A stretch of DNA of 64,000 nt. Source: Chiloscyllium plagiosum. Taxonomy: Eukaryota. How positions within the stretch are numbered: position 1 is the first letter of the stretch; each line of letters opens with the position of its first letter. Below, piece by piece: positions 50,505-63,931 of this stretch. Below the pieces are notes generated by a model. The model searched no databases and was not told the origin of the DNA. It saw nothing but the letters and a program-made list of their open reading frames with translations. Location: assembly GCF_004010195.1 (NCBI RefSeq), contig NC_057753.1, forward strand, positions 14,910,651-14,974,650, read 5' to 3'. The position numbers and the translations under genes are program-made.

Positions 50505-51447
50505 GCGAGTATAAGAGGTACAGTTAGTAAGTTTTGGGGACCCCAAAATTGGGGGGTGCAGTGGACAGCGAAGAGGGTTACCTCAGATTAAAACAGGATC
50601 TGGACTAGATGGGCCAATGGGCTGAGAAGTGGCAGATGGAGTTTAATTGAGATAAATGCGAGGTGCTGCGTTTTGGGAAAGCAAACCTTAGCAGGATTTA
50701 TACACTTAATGGTAAGGTCCTAGGGAGTGTTGCTGAACAAAGTGACCTTGGGAGTGCAGGTTCATAGCTCCTTGTAAGGGGAGTCGCAGGTAGATAGGAT
50801 AGTGAAGAAGGCGTTTGGTATGCTTTCCTTTATCGGTCAGAGTATTGGGTACAGGAGTTGGGAGGTCGAGTTGCGACTGTACAGGACATTGGTTAGGCCA
50901 CTGTTGAAATATTGCGTGCATTTCTGGTCTCCTTCCTATCGGAAAGATGTTGTGAAACTTGAAAGGGTTCAGAAAGATTTACAAGGATGTTGCCAGGGTT
51001 GGGGGATTTCAGTTACAGGAAGAGGCTGGGGCTGTTTTCCCTGGAGCGTCGGAGGCTGAGGGGTGACCTTACAGAAGTTTATAAAATTATTAGGGGCATG
51101 GATAGGGTAAATAGGCAAAGTCTTTTCCCTGGGGTCGGGGAGTCTAGAACTAGAGGGCATCGTTTAGGGTGAGAGGGGAAAGGTATAAAAGAGACCTAAG
51201 GGGCACCGTTTTCACACAGTGGGTGGTATGAGTATGGAATAAGCTGCCAGAGGAAGTGGTGGAGGCTGGTACAATTGCAGTACTTAAGAGGCATTTGGAT
51301 GAGTATATGAATAGGAAGGGTTTGGAGAGATATTGGTCGGGTGCTGGCAGGTGGGAATAGATTGGGTTGGGATATCTGGTCGGCATGGACTGGTTGGACC
51401 GAAGGGTCTGTTTCCATACTTTAAATCTCTATGACTCTGTGACTCTA
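50505..51447 (+). mobile_element. CR1 LINE 3' portion
   Basis: 'WAEKWQMEFN', 'LYRTLVRPLLKYCVHFWSPSY', 'LGLFSLERRRLRGDL', (ATGACTCT)-type tail. Confidence 0.92.
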
Positions 51448-53923
51448 TTTGCCCTCTGTGTTTAACTACTAGGAAAAGATTAGCACTGCTCAGGCTGGAG
51501 GTCAGAGTCGAAATCGGTGGTGCTGGAAATGCAAAACCGGTCAGGCAGCATCAGAGCAGCAGCAGAGTCGACTTTTCCAGCAGGAGCTCTTCATCAGGAA
51601 TCCTTCTCCTCGGATGTTGCCTGACCAGCTGTGCCTTTCCAGCACCACACTTTCAGACTTAGTTTGTCTACTGCCACATACGACAGAGACAGCAACTGAA
51701 ATTCAACAATGACAAAATTTCAGTTTTCTAAGTATAATGTATTGATGCTGTCAATGTCAATGGATCCAGGGTGTAAACTAATTGACCAAAACTGCTTGCT
51801 TTATTATCTCTATTACAGACAATTCTGCCCCTGCAATATGATTAAAAGAACCCATTTATAAAAATTGAGATTTTAGTTGTTATTTAGTTAATACTCATGG
51901 AACTATCACAGATAAATACACAAAAGATCTACTGACGCAAAATTCCATTGACCATCGAGATTTTTACGGCAGCGATTAAGATTTTTAATTTTGAGAAACT
52001 GGGTGAAGTTATGGAATATACATCTGCACTATGTATGTATATGTATATATATAGTAGGATTCCTGGTGAAGAGATCATGATTGAAGAGTCAACTCTCCTG
52101 TTCATCGGATGCTGCCTGACAGGTTGTGCTTTTCCAGCTCCACAATTTTAGACCCAGATCTCTACCATCTGCCGTCCTCCGAGCAGACAAAGCAAAATAG
52201 ATATGCACAGCACTTGGTTCGAAGACTACATTTCACGTTCTAGAGTTTCGAAACGTTATACACTCATTTATGATTAGTTTGATATCTGAAGAAAGGAGCT
52301 TTATTGAAATATATTAACATCGATGTTTTGGAGAGGAAGGATAACACTACCACGTTTTAAGCATGGTTGGAGAAACACAGTAGGTCCGGCAGCATCTGTG
52401 AAGAGAGAAACACTGTTAACATTTCAAGTCCGGCCTGTCTATTCTTCAGAACTGAATAATACATTAAAAAAGTGTCACCCCAGACCAGCAACGTTACATA
52501 ATGCTTTTCTCTCCACGTAAACTGCTGGGATAGTTAAGTTCCTCCAGCCTTCTCTGTATTTATTCTAGAGTTCTAACCACCACAGTAATTTTCCATTCAC
52601 TCGGTGTCTTATTTGTATTGATCTGTTTTGTGAAGCGGGTTGTCTTGTGGGAGTTCACAACAAGCAAGAGAAATCACGAAGTCGTTGGACGGAATTTAAT
52701 TGAAAGCATTTTGGGTTTAGTTGGAATGATACCTGACTGGGGACCAAAACATGAATATTCTTTTCATCAAAAACGACGCTGTTCCAAACAATTGAAAGAC
52801 ATGTTTGAGTAGAGTTTGTGAACCTTCGAGACCAGGGGGTCAATTAGAATTCTACAAACGTTTAAAGAAATCTGAGAGTCGAAATTTTCAAATGCAACAG
52901 CATTCCAGAAATAGACCTCCCACTTGTCTGGAAAAGAAGTGAAATTATGCTATTGAGACAACAGATCTGCCAGAGAAAAAAACAAATGTAATCTAGACTT
53001 GGATCACTTGCATCTTATTTTCTTTCATTGTGATCGTTGCAATCTTTCAAGTCGGGAAACGGTGAGGCAGTTGGATTGCTTTTATGTGCGATTTATTTTT
53101 TCCAGAAATAACATTCTCAGGTTAGATGATAAAGAAGTTGATATTGAATGTCTCCGCTCATTAATTTGGCGATTTTTCTTATGTTGTTTTTTGTTGTTAT
53201 ACAATTAGAGAAGAGCATGAAATGCGAACTTCCAAGTTGTACAAATCATTTCAATATTCATTGGAATTATGAATAACTGACTTGTCAATCCACTAATGCA
53301 TATTTAGAAACTATTAATTTGCAAAAAGAAAGAAAAGACCGAAGCACTTTCAGGAAACAATGTTCAACTCAAAGTTTTCTGTTTAAATTTGACTTGAATT
53401 CTTCAGTCCAGAAATCATTCCACTATTAGCGAAAGACTCAAAATCCAACTGCGTGTGTTTTTTTTTCAAATAATAAATGTCACACAAAATGAGAGGAGAC
53501 TATTTTATTTAACGTCTATATTTTTCAGTTAATACATATTAAATGTTAAGTCGCAGTCAAAGCTGACAACTGTTCTGCGTTTTTGTCACTGTTCGTAATT
53601 TATTTTCTTAGATTCCCCAGCTCCATTAATACTGTATTGAATTACGGGGATTTCAGTCGAATTGGAATGACTATGTGAAATCTGAATGAATGCTACCATT
53701 AAAGAAAATAACTTGTTCCTGCCCTCCGTGTGTCGCTGAAGCAGACTGGAAATAAATGTGACATCTCGCTAATTGCACCGATTAAACTTGAAGTCGTCAG
53801 CAATTGGTGTTAGAATAGAGTATGTCAAACCCCGAAATGTGTAGAGCACTCTCACCAACATTCCACATTGAAAGCCATGTCCGCTACCATGTTGCAATAG
53901 AAATATCACGTGAGATAGTAAAT

Positions 53924-54047
53924 AGCGAGTTTTGCTAAGATTTGTAGCTCAGGTTGAGGTTCTGATGGAGGTTTGCCCGCTGAGCGTGTAGATTCATTTC
54001 CAGACGTTCCGTCACCCTACGAGGTAACATCTTCAGTGGGCCTCAGG
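53924..54047 (-). mobile_element. Solo Penelope pLTR with a mutated hammerhead
   Basis: Same family as 18645-18765; GTAAAT direct repeats (53918-53923 and 54048-54053); core GAAA mutated to GGAA. Confidence 0.8.
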
Positions 54048-55004
54048 GTAAATGCTTAAAAAAAATCAAATGAATATACATGTTTCAAAATGCCAGAATT
54101 ATTCATTAATTATATCTTGTCTAGAGTCACGACTAATGTTACTTCTGCAGCCATTGATTGGAACATGCTCCCATCAGCTGTATTGTTCAAAATGATGCAA
54201 CTGATGTGACATGGATTTTTCGTTTTCCAAAACTGCCCAGTTAGTAACGAACAACAAAAGTGTTCTCTATCACATTAATATAAACAATCAATCTTGTACG
54301 ATCTTAAGCAGTGCTTCAAAACTGTTTACTGTCTTTCCTAACATCTTTTTCTACTGAATCAACTGAACTCTCGCAATTTTAAGTACCTTGACATGTATTT
54401 AACAGTGTGCAAAATAATAGACCAAAATTCTCACGCACGTAGTAATTATGCAACAGTACATGGGAGAGAACAGCCGATACAATGAACGGTTTAAGAATTC
54501 TTTAGTTCTGAAATTGTTTTGAGTGTTAGTGCATGACTGAAATCCAGCTGTGTGCTTTTTTTTTCTAATGAGAAGTGTAAAACGAGAGGATAATTATTTA
54601 TTTAACTTCTATATTTTTCCGATAATACATATTAAGTGTTAAGTCGCATTCAAAAATGACAACTGTTCTACGTTTTATCGCGGTTAGTAATTTGGTTCTC
54701 TATATTTCCCTGCTTGACCAATACTGTGCTGAATTATGGAGATTTCAGTCTAATTGGAATTGCTTTGTGAAATCTAAATGAACGTACTAATGCAGAGAGA
54801 AAAAAAACAAGTTGTTCCTGCCTTTCTCATGTAGCTGAAGCAGACTGGAAATAAACTTGACATCTCGCTAATTACACCGATTATACTTGAAGTCGTCAGT
54901 CAGCATCCCGTGTTTGAATAGAGTATGTCAAGACTAAGTGTGTGGAGTACAGTAATTACACCAACTCTCAACTCATTCCACATTGAAAACCATGTTCTCC
55001 ACCA

Positions 55005-55600
55005 TAGAACATTACAGCGCAGTACAGGCCCTTCGGCCTTCGATGTTCCGCCGACCTGTCATACCAATCTGAGACCCATCTAACCTACACTATTCCATGT
55101 ACGTCCATATGCTTCTCCAATGATGACTTAAATGTACATAAAGTTGGCGAATCTACTACCGTTGCAGGCAAAACATTCCATATCCTTACTACTCTCTGAG
55201 TGAAGAAACTATTTCTGACATCTGTCCTATATCTATCATCCCTCATTTTAAAGCTATGCCCTCTCGTGCTCACCGTCACCATACTTGGAAAAAGGCTCTC
55301 GCGGTCCACCCTATCTAACCCTCTGATTATCTTATATGTCTCAATTAAGTGACCTCTCAACCTTCTTTCTAATGAAAACAACCTCAAGTCCCTCAGCCTT
55401 TCCTCATAAGACATTCCTTCCATACCAGGCAGCATCCTAATAAATCTCCTCTGCATCCTTTCCAAAGTTTCCACATCTTTCTGACCAGAACTGTACACAA
55501 TACTCCAAGTGTGGCTGCACCAGAGCTTTGTACATCTATAGCATAACCTCCTCGTTCCGGAACTCGATCCCTCTATTAATAAAAGCTAAAACATTGTATT
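55005..55600 (-). mobile_element. 5'-truncated CR1 LINE
   Basis: 'KDVETLERMQRRFIRMLPG...FFTQRVVRIWNVLP'. Confidence 0.92.
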
Positions 55601-57544
55601 TCCATATTGCAATAGAAGTATCATGAGAGCTAGTAAATGTTTTAAAAGCTAATCAAGTGGACATACGTGCTCCAAAACACCAGAATTATTTATTAAATAC
55701 ATCTTGTATAGAGTCACGGCTGATATTACTCCAGCATCCTTTGGTTGGAACAGTGCTCCCGTAAGATGCATTGTTCAATGACGTGACTTGGATTTGGCGT
55801 TTTCCAAAACTGGTGCAATTCGCAAGGTACATCAAAAGTGTGATCTATCGCCTTAAAGTAAACAACCTATCTTGTATAATCTAACACAATCCTTCAAAAT
55901 AAAATGTGATCCCTATTATCTTTTTCTACCAAATCAACCGAGCTCTGGCAATTTTAAGTCTCTTGACATACAGGTAACAGTGTGCAAAATAACAGACCAA
56001 AATTCTCACAAACTTAAAAATTATGCAGCAGCACATGGGAGAGAACAGCCGATATAGTGAGCGGTTTAAGTAAATGAAAATTAAAAGTTTGAGAAAGAGG
56101 TGAGGCTGAAATTTGATTAAGTTGAATAAGGACAAAATTCCAGTGAACGCACCAGCCTGCAGGACATTGTTTTAGATTTTTGTTCCTCATTTTACATGAC
56201 TAACTACATTCTTAAAGGAGCAAGCATTAAATATTCTGCATTGAACTGAGGGGATGTTGCCCACACATCATAAACACGGGAAAGAATGGATCAGTTCGAT
56301 GAATGCAGGTTATACGAGAATCTGTACAGCAGGGACAGAATGAATCAATGCATAGGGGAAGTGACCATTTTTCAACACACTGTACAGGGCGGTGCATCTT
56401 CTCTTAAATCGTGAAAGTAGAGTTAAAACACCGAGATTGAAAACAGTTCATTCGGGGTTTACGGATTATTTGAAATTTGCACGGGAAAACAAATCACCGG
56501 AAATTGAAAATGATCAAAGTTTGTCGCATAATCTGAGAAACGTTAAATTTATTTAAATTCCCAACAAGTTTCGATTCCTGCTTGACCTTACGAGGGGAAT
56601 ACAATATCTTATTAATGAACGTCATTAACAGGGCAAACTCAGTACATTTGAGTCTTTAAAAAATACAGAATGGGTTCATCATCATCCTGTCCCCAGTGCA
56701 GTTGAATATATATGTATGTACTGGAGTGACAATTTGAGCGCAACAAGGAAATGAAAGGGAACTAATTAAGCTGGTTGTTCAAAGAGATAGCGTTGACCCA
56801 CCGGACCCAGTGACCTCCTTCCTGTGTTTTGTCCAAGGGAAGTGTTTGTCGGCAGTTACATATTAAACTGTCTCTTTTGATGCATGGTATGACTGCATGT
56901 TTAGGAATTGGTGAAATTGAGAATTGCTGCTTTTCATTGTTGATGACTGAGCCTTGTGATGCTGCTGCCTTGCAGACACAGGAACAGTGAGAAGCCGAAT
57001 GTTTAAGATACCAAATGCGACACTTAAGTCGAATTGGAGAGTTACTCGCTGACGAAATACTGTCAGTTGCTGTTTATTTCAGCACTGTTGATCGAGCAAA
57101 AATCTTAGTATCCTGAAACCCTTTGATGGGGGCGCCTTGCTTTAGCCGCTAGGAAATATTAATGCTCTCTTCAGGAATAACGTTGAGTAGGTCGGGAGTG
57201 CAGCAGCAAGCAGAGCAATTAGTCATTTTGTGAAACATTCACACTGCCCCAACACATCCCAAAGAGGCTCACCACAGGTCCCAATGTGTTGGGTTGTCGT
57301 TGTCCGTGTCTGTGTGAAAACTTTGAAGATAAATTTAGAAGAAATAAATGGCAGCATTTGTTTGCTCCAGAAATTATATTTTCTGATTTATAAGTATTAC
57401 ATGAAACTATGATTTCTCATTTCCAGGTATCACTTACTTCTCAATGTAATGATAATACTCCACCCCAGTTTGTTTGATCTGTTTAATTCATGTCGAGGTG
57501 TTGCATTGCTTCCTAACACTATAATTCTCATCCGTCTATTTCAG

Positions 57545-57577
57545 GTAGACTTGTCGACACTCAGGCCGATTTGAGAG
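57545..57577 (+). CDS. Putative 33-nt linker micro-exon of the SRCR gene
   Basis: tttcag|GTAGACTTGTCGACACTCAGGCCGATTTGAGAG|gtaatt; phase 1-1, open (RLVDTQADLR). Confidence 0.5.
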
Positions 57578-58189
57578 GTAATTGCATGTTATTTTAATAG
57601 AGCATGGAATCCCTACACTGGGGTTTATCTGTTCAGACGCGAAGCTGTGGTGATAGTCTCCATGCATTAGTGTTCGTTTGTTAACCAGCTCTTTGTTTAT
57701 AACTGAGAGGGGGAGGCATTACTGCTGAAGGTCTCCAGTTCAAGTATTCCTGGACAACAGAGTGTGAAGCTTTATCTCCCACACGCAATGCTGTCCTCAA
57801 AGACAGAGACAAAGAATGGGGAGAATGTGAAAGATTAATTCCCATCCACACCGCAGTACTCAGATACAGAGACAGTGAATAGAGACGGTGTGAAAAGCCA
57901 GCTGCACACAGAGTGCTGCTGTTGGAAACGTATTCAAATTACTTCACTCACTCGTGAGCGCTGACATTGTGCGCACATCACCGCGCATCCCGCAACGTTT
58001 CCGGCTGTGATAGACACAGTACTGTTTCATTTTATGATGCTCCCAGGGGTGATCGGTTGAGCCTTCCTGCCAATCATTGCTGAGAACGATAGAACCCAGA
58101 CCATTATTGACCCCGCCCCTTCGGTTTCCCTGAAGTTCAAGTGTTTTCTGAACACTTGCCTTGATGGTGGCAGCTCCAACAGCAGTCGA

Positions 58190-58560
58190 AATGCTCATCA
58201 CCACCCAGGGACAAAGCAACCCCTCCTTAATTGGCACTACATCCACAAACTTCAACTCTCTCCATCACCAACGCTCAGTGCAGCAGTGTGCATGATCTAC
58301 ATGATGCACTGCATATACACCAAAAATCTTCAGACGGCACCTTTCAAACTCGCGACCAGTTCCGTCTAGGAGGGCAATGGCAGACAGTACATGGGAGCAG
58401 CAATCCCTGCAATTTCCCCAAAGGCACTCACCATCAGGACTCGTAATCATGTCGCCGTTCCTTCAATGTCGTCGATCAAAATCCGGAAAGTCCCTCGCTG
58501 AGGGACATTGAGGGTCTACAAACAGCAAATGGACTGCAGCGGTTCGAAAAGGCTCGGGAG
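58190..58560 (+). mobile_element. Decayed LINE (CR1/L2-group) 3' end
   Basis: 'LIGTTSTNFNSLHHQRSVQQC' resembles LINE RT C-termini; related tails are seen at ~31790-31990 (-). Confidence 0.55.
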
Positions 58561-58862
58561 GATGTTGACCCAAGTGGTGATGTTCACTTTGCACAGATGG
58601 AATAAATTCCCACATTGTCCTGTTGAGATAATTTTCTCAATGGGGCCATTTGACGAACTCTCCCTTTCTGTGATGAATACCATTTTATAAAATACCCTTC
58701 CCCTTTCAGCATTCCCAGTTGGTGTTTTGCGTTATTTTGTAGCAGAGTGCATTTCTCCCATACCCTGACCCTGATTGCTTGGTGAATGGGGGGTAACGGC
58801 TCTGGTGCGCGTTTTCATGCTTGTAACTTGTTAACCTTCGTTTCTATTTTTGCATCTTACAG

Positions 58863-59177
58863 AGGCATTTCGTCTGAGACTTGAGAATGGGGGCGGTCGT
58901 TGTGCTGGTCGATTAGAGATTGAATTCAATGGACAGCGGTTTACTGTCAATCATAATGAATGGGACCTTCCGGATGCTACTGTTGTGTGTCGGCAGCTGA
59001 ACTGTGGTACCGCTGTGTCTGCTCTCGGTGGGGCTCACTTTGGACCAGGATCCGGACTCGTTATATACTTGGGCATTGAGTGCAAAGGGACCGAACGTAT
59101 GGTGTTGGAGTGTCCAATAAGCAGAATTGATAACAACGGCACCTCACACGACAATGATATTGGTGTCATCTGTTCAG
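58863..59177 (+). CDS. SRCR domain exon 1 (CD163/WC1/DMBT1-like)
   Basis: cag|...|gtaaaa, 315 nt, phase 1-1; LRLENGGGRCAGRLEI...WDLPDATVVCRQLNCG...FGPGSG...CKGTE...GVICS. Confidence 0.95.
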
Positions 59178-59746
59178 GTAAAAATCTACTGTCATTTCTA
59201 TGTAATTTAATCACAATCCAGTGCTGTGAAACTAGAAGTGGATATGATAGCAGAATGAAAACTGCCCAATAATTATAAACAGAATAACAATGGAATTTAT
59301 TTCATTGGATTTATTCGGTATCGTCATATAATGTGTTGAACATTTGAAGGCAATGGGAGAGGTGAGTACCTGTTACTGTTTACGCTCCTGTGAAGGGGAA
59401 GGAGAGGTGTCCAAAGTGATGTCACTTGAAGCCAAATCGAAAGATACCCCCCTGGAACTATCACATTTACAACCCAATTTATAATGAGACTCGACACTGT
59501 GTTGGCGAGCAGAATCACTTGTCATTTATCTTTAGCCTGAAAGTCGTTTTCTCTTTGACGAGCTGAGGATCAGGATTCTGGTGATGAACACAAGTGAGAT
59601 TGACAGGGCTGCAAACTCACACTGATTGACGGAATCATTTGTATCCAGAGATTTCAGATCTGCCATTAATCTGATGAATGTTCTTCCGTCAATAATATGA
59701 ATTGGTATTGTTTGTAGTCGTTATGATTCAATGTTTCTCTTTTCAG

Positions 59747-60061
59747 ACCACATCATTCCGAGGTTGGTCCCTGGAAATTCCCAATGCTTCGGCAGACTGG
59801 AGGTCCTGTTTGGTGACACCTGGAAAACAGTGTGTGGTCTTGACTGGGATTTGAAAAACGCTAATGTGGTCTGTGCGCAGCTTCATTGTGGAGTGGCAGT
59901 GTCTGTTTCAAGCTCTGCTCATTCTGGCGGCAGTACTGTGCTCATGGGGACTGAGGTGTTTAAATGTACGGGCAATGAGACTCAGCTGGGGAAGTGCCCT
60001 TGGTCTTCAACCACGCACCAGGATTGCATTGGACACAACAGTGTCACCCTGATATGTTCAG
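59747..60061 (+). CDS. SRCR domain exon 2 (group B, 8 Cys)
   Basis: ttttcag|...|gtgagg, 315 nt; PRLVPGNSQCFGRLEV...TVCGLDWDLKNANVVCAQLHCG...CTGNETQLGKC...LICS. Confidence 0.95.
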
Positions 60062-62024
60062 GTGAGGACAGATGTAATGGAGAAAGAGGGACGCATTTCG
60101 CTTTAATGTTTGCAAAAGTAATACTGCTGGCATTGCTGACATTGCTCTAACTGTGCCAGATTTTAAACAGTGCTTGTAGTTTCCAAACTAGTCAAGCAAC
60201 TAGCTGCAATGTGGCATAGTGAACACGCAATTATTGGGACATAAGGTAGTTCAAAAATATTGCAATTGTGTTGGAAAAGAGATTTCGTCAAGTTTGTAAA
60301 CTGTCTGCACTCAACATGTTTTATTGTCTCCATTGTGTAAACGTCGAATCATTAAGATAGTAGTGAGCAGGTGTTAACGTAGGTAAATTGAAGTGAATAT
60401 CAATTAAATTCATGTCAGGCTTTTCTTTTAACTTTTCCGGCCCCCCTTAACATTTTTGAACAGTGTATCTAAACTGTTTAAAATAATGAAACAGCACTCT
60501 CTCCGACAAATTCTTCAGCATGCATTTACAGCTCACAATACTTCATCATATAACATTTGTCATCATGGACATTTGTTCAACCATCGCATTCTGAACGTAA
60601 CATGGCGTCTGGAGGCGATCCTACGCATTCCGTCACCATCACGTCGGTTTGAACTTACCTTTCTTAAGACCACTGTGTAATTTATAATAGTGTCCATATG
60701 ATCAGTTATCCAATTCAGTGTCATTCCAATGCACACCACACCTCTTGCCCTAACCTTAACCTTTGTGCCTATTACTCTTCCAAAGATCGGCTAACGGAAG
60801 TAATTTATTTTCCTCAGCTGACTTATTTGAGCAGTCACATTCTCGGGTAACTTCAGCTCCATTGTTTCAATGCAAACGACAGCTGGTCTCATACAATCTT
60901 CTCGAAAATAGAAGCGTCGTTGTATGTCTACTCCAGTATCGCTTGCTCGTATCTCCTCAAAGACCATGACATCCTTTGTGAATAATGTGTTGTACATAAT
61001 TGTACACACCGCTTTTTATTATCCTAAAGACAACTGGATAACAATCAACGTGGCTTCTCTGCTTCTGCAGTAACTAACTCTAACTCCACATTGAAGTTAA
61101 AGTTGCAAAGCTGATTAGCGTGTCATGTATTGTATCAACTTGAAGCCCTCAGCCCTTCTTTCTATACGCACTTATTCAAAATCCGAATAGAGAAAAAGTG
61201 AAACCTCCACATACAGATTTCCTGTCACTTTCCTGGCTGCCAGAATATGCCCCCTAATGCTTTTTTGAATTAAGTCCCATTTGTCACTTGTCTATCCGTT
61301 CTGCCGTCCTTTCATTGCCCGACTAAAGTTGATAGCTACCATCCTTAATGGTTTGAACACATTAATGTCTTGTATCATGAGCTATTACTTTGCATCTTAA
61401 TGCAAACTTGGGAAATCCCTTCTTTCAAAACCACAAATGTGAGGCTGTTATTAGTATCCTTACTATGCTTTTAAACGTCATGAATGTCTCAATTATCTTA
61501 AACTGCTAAACTCCCTTGTTGACCATATTTAATTGAAGTGCTTTAATATCGAAAATATTGGTAACTTCTGCCATTCGAGTCGCATTGGAGTGCAGCATTT
61601 CCGACGGAGATCCAGTAACTCAGTTGGCCGAATGGCTGGGATGTGATGTAAGTTGATGCTGACAGCATTGGTGCAATACCTACTGGGTCTGAACTTGGCC
61701 TGAATGTCTCCATCGTTCGCCCTTCAGCTGCTTAGTGGTAACCTTCAGGCTCAATCGCCATCAGTTTGTCTCTCTCTCTCTCTCACGAGCGTGTAGTTAT
61801 ATGATCATCTTGACTTTGGTGACTCCTCCTTCAAAGCTAATCCAACTTCGCGAGCACTCATCACCAAATGCAGCACAGATTTTCACTGAGCATAGAGTGT
61901 TAAAACGCATCCTCATTATTTAAATTCGACAGGACTCGGCATGAGTCATCACAAGCAGTCTGTTAGGAAGATTATTTCACTGTGAGTGTTACAAGCAGGT
62001 TCGTGAAGTAAACGTAATTATTTT

Positions 62025-63475
62025 AGAACATTGAACAGTGCAGCACAGAACAGGCCCTTCAGCCCACGATGTTGTGCCGACCACTGATACTCATGAATGC
62101 ACCCTCACATTTCTGACCATACGCATGTCCAGTCGTCTCTTAAATGTCCCCAATGACCTTGCTTCCACAACTGCTGCTGGCAACGCATTCCATGCTCTCA
62201 CAACTCTCTGTGTAAAGAACCCGCCTCGGACATCCCCTCTATAGTTTCCTCCAACCAGCTGAAAACTATGACCCCTCGTGTTAGTCCTTTCTGCCCTGGG
62301 AAATAGTCTCTGGCTATCGACTCTACCTATGCCTCTCATTATCTTGTATACCTCAATTAGGTCCCCTCTCCTCCTCCTTTTCTCCAATGAAAACAGTCCG
62401 AGCTCAGTCAACCTCTCTTCATAAGATAAGTCCTCCAGTCCAGGCAGCATCCTGGTAAACCTCTTCTGAACCCTCTCCAAAGCATCCACATCTTTCCTAT
62501 AATAGGGCGACCAGAACTGGACACAATATTCCAGGTGCGGTCTAACCAAAGTTTTATAGAGCTGCAACAAAATCTCACGACTCTTAAACGCAATCCCCCT
62601 GTTAATGAAAGCCAAAACACCATATGCTTTCTAAACAACCCTGTACGCTTGTGTGGCCATTTTAAGGGATCTATGTACCTGCACACCAAGATCCCGCTGT
62701 TCCTCCACACTGCCAAGAATCCTATCCTTAATCCTGTACCCAGCTTTCAAATTTGACCTTCCAAAATGCATCACCTCGCATTTATCCAGGTTGAACTCCA
62801 TCTGCCACCTCTCAGCCCATCTCTGCATCCTGTCAATGTCCCGCTGCAGCCTACAACAGCCCTCTATACTATCANNNNNNNNNNNNNNNNNNNNNNNNNN
62901 NNNNNNNNNNNNNNNNNNNNNNNNNNNNNNNNNNNNNNNNNNNNNNNNNNNNNNNNNNNNNNNNNNNNNNNNNNNNNNNNNNNNNNNNNNNNNNNNNNNN
63001 NNNNNNNNNNNNNNNNNNNNNNNNNNNNNNNNNNNNNNNNNNNNNNNNNNNNNNNNNNNNNNNNNNNNNNNNNNNNNNNNNNNNNNNNNNNNNNNNNNNN
63101 NNNNNNNNNNNNNNNNNNNAAAGCCGTGTTGACTGCATTTAATCAAGCCATGCTGTTCCAGATGGTCATAAATCCTATACCTCAGAATCCTTTCTAACAC
63201 CTTGCAGACGACAGACGTGAGACTGACTGGTCTGTAATTGCCGGGGATTTCCCTATTTCCTTTCTTGAATAGAGGAATTACATCTGCCTCTCTCCAGTCC
63301 TCAGGTACGACTCCAGTGGAGCGCGATGATGCAAAGATCTTCGCAAGTGGCAAAGCAATTGCATTTCTCGTTTCCCGAAGCAGCCGAGGAAAAATCTGCT
63401 CCGGGCCTGGCGACTTGTCAATCTTAGTGTTTGACAAAATTTTCAGCACATCAGCTTCCTCGATCTCTATCCATT
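62025..63475 (-). mobile_element. CR1 LINE RT (relatively young, spans an N gap)
   Basis: 'DKSPGPEQIFPRLLRE...VPEDWREADVIPLFKKG..PGNYRPVSLTS' and 'LVRPHLEYCVQFWSPYY' in long open frames. Confidence 0.95.
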
Positions 63476-63607
63476 TTGAAGAAATTAAATCTCTGTTATT
63501 AGGATGTTGCACGGATAAGATGCTATTGGTTTTCTCTTTTGCATCTTGCAGAGTGTCTGTAATAATAGGGATTTGCAAACACTTGTAATTTGTTTGGTCC
63601 AAAACAG

Positions 63608-63931
63608 GAAACCATGGACTCCGGTTGGTTGGTGGGGAGCACCGGTGCTCTGGGCGAGTGGAGGTCCTGCACGGGGAGCAGTGGGGAACGCTGTGTGGTG
63701 ATTACTTTGACGCACAAACCGCCAGCGTGGTCTGTGAGCACCTTCAGTGCGGGACTGCAAAGTCGATACCCAAAGATGCTCGATTTGGGAGGGAAGCCGG
63801 GCCAATGTGGAAACAAAACTATAAATGCCGTGGAAACGAGAAACGATTGGGGGACTGCACAGTTTTGCACGAGGAAAATTTCAACTGTTCCCATGGAAAT
63901 GTGGCCAATGTCATATGTTCGGCTGTGTCTG
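63608..63931 (+). CDS. SRCR domain exon 3 (group B, 8 Cys); gene continues beyond the window
   Basis: aacag|...|gtaagt, 324 nt; LRLVGGEHRCSGRVEVLHGEQWGTLCGDYFD...VVCEHLQCG...CRGNE...CSHGNVANVICS. Confidence 0.95.

Larger units (their letters stand above)
53436..56070 (+). repeat. Old tandem duplication (~1 kb unit) in the SRCR gene intron
   Basis: Copy 1 at ~53436-54495 and copy 2 at ~54535-56070 share colinear blocks (e.g. GAAGCAGACTGGAAATAAA, TGGGAGAGAACAGCCGATA). Each copy carries a different later insertion. Confidence 0.85.

Noticed and set aside
57427-57445. Additional SRCR micro-exon after ttccag
   Set aside because: No donor that keeps phase 1 and an open frame could be identified with confidence.
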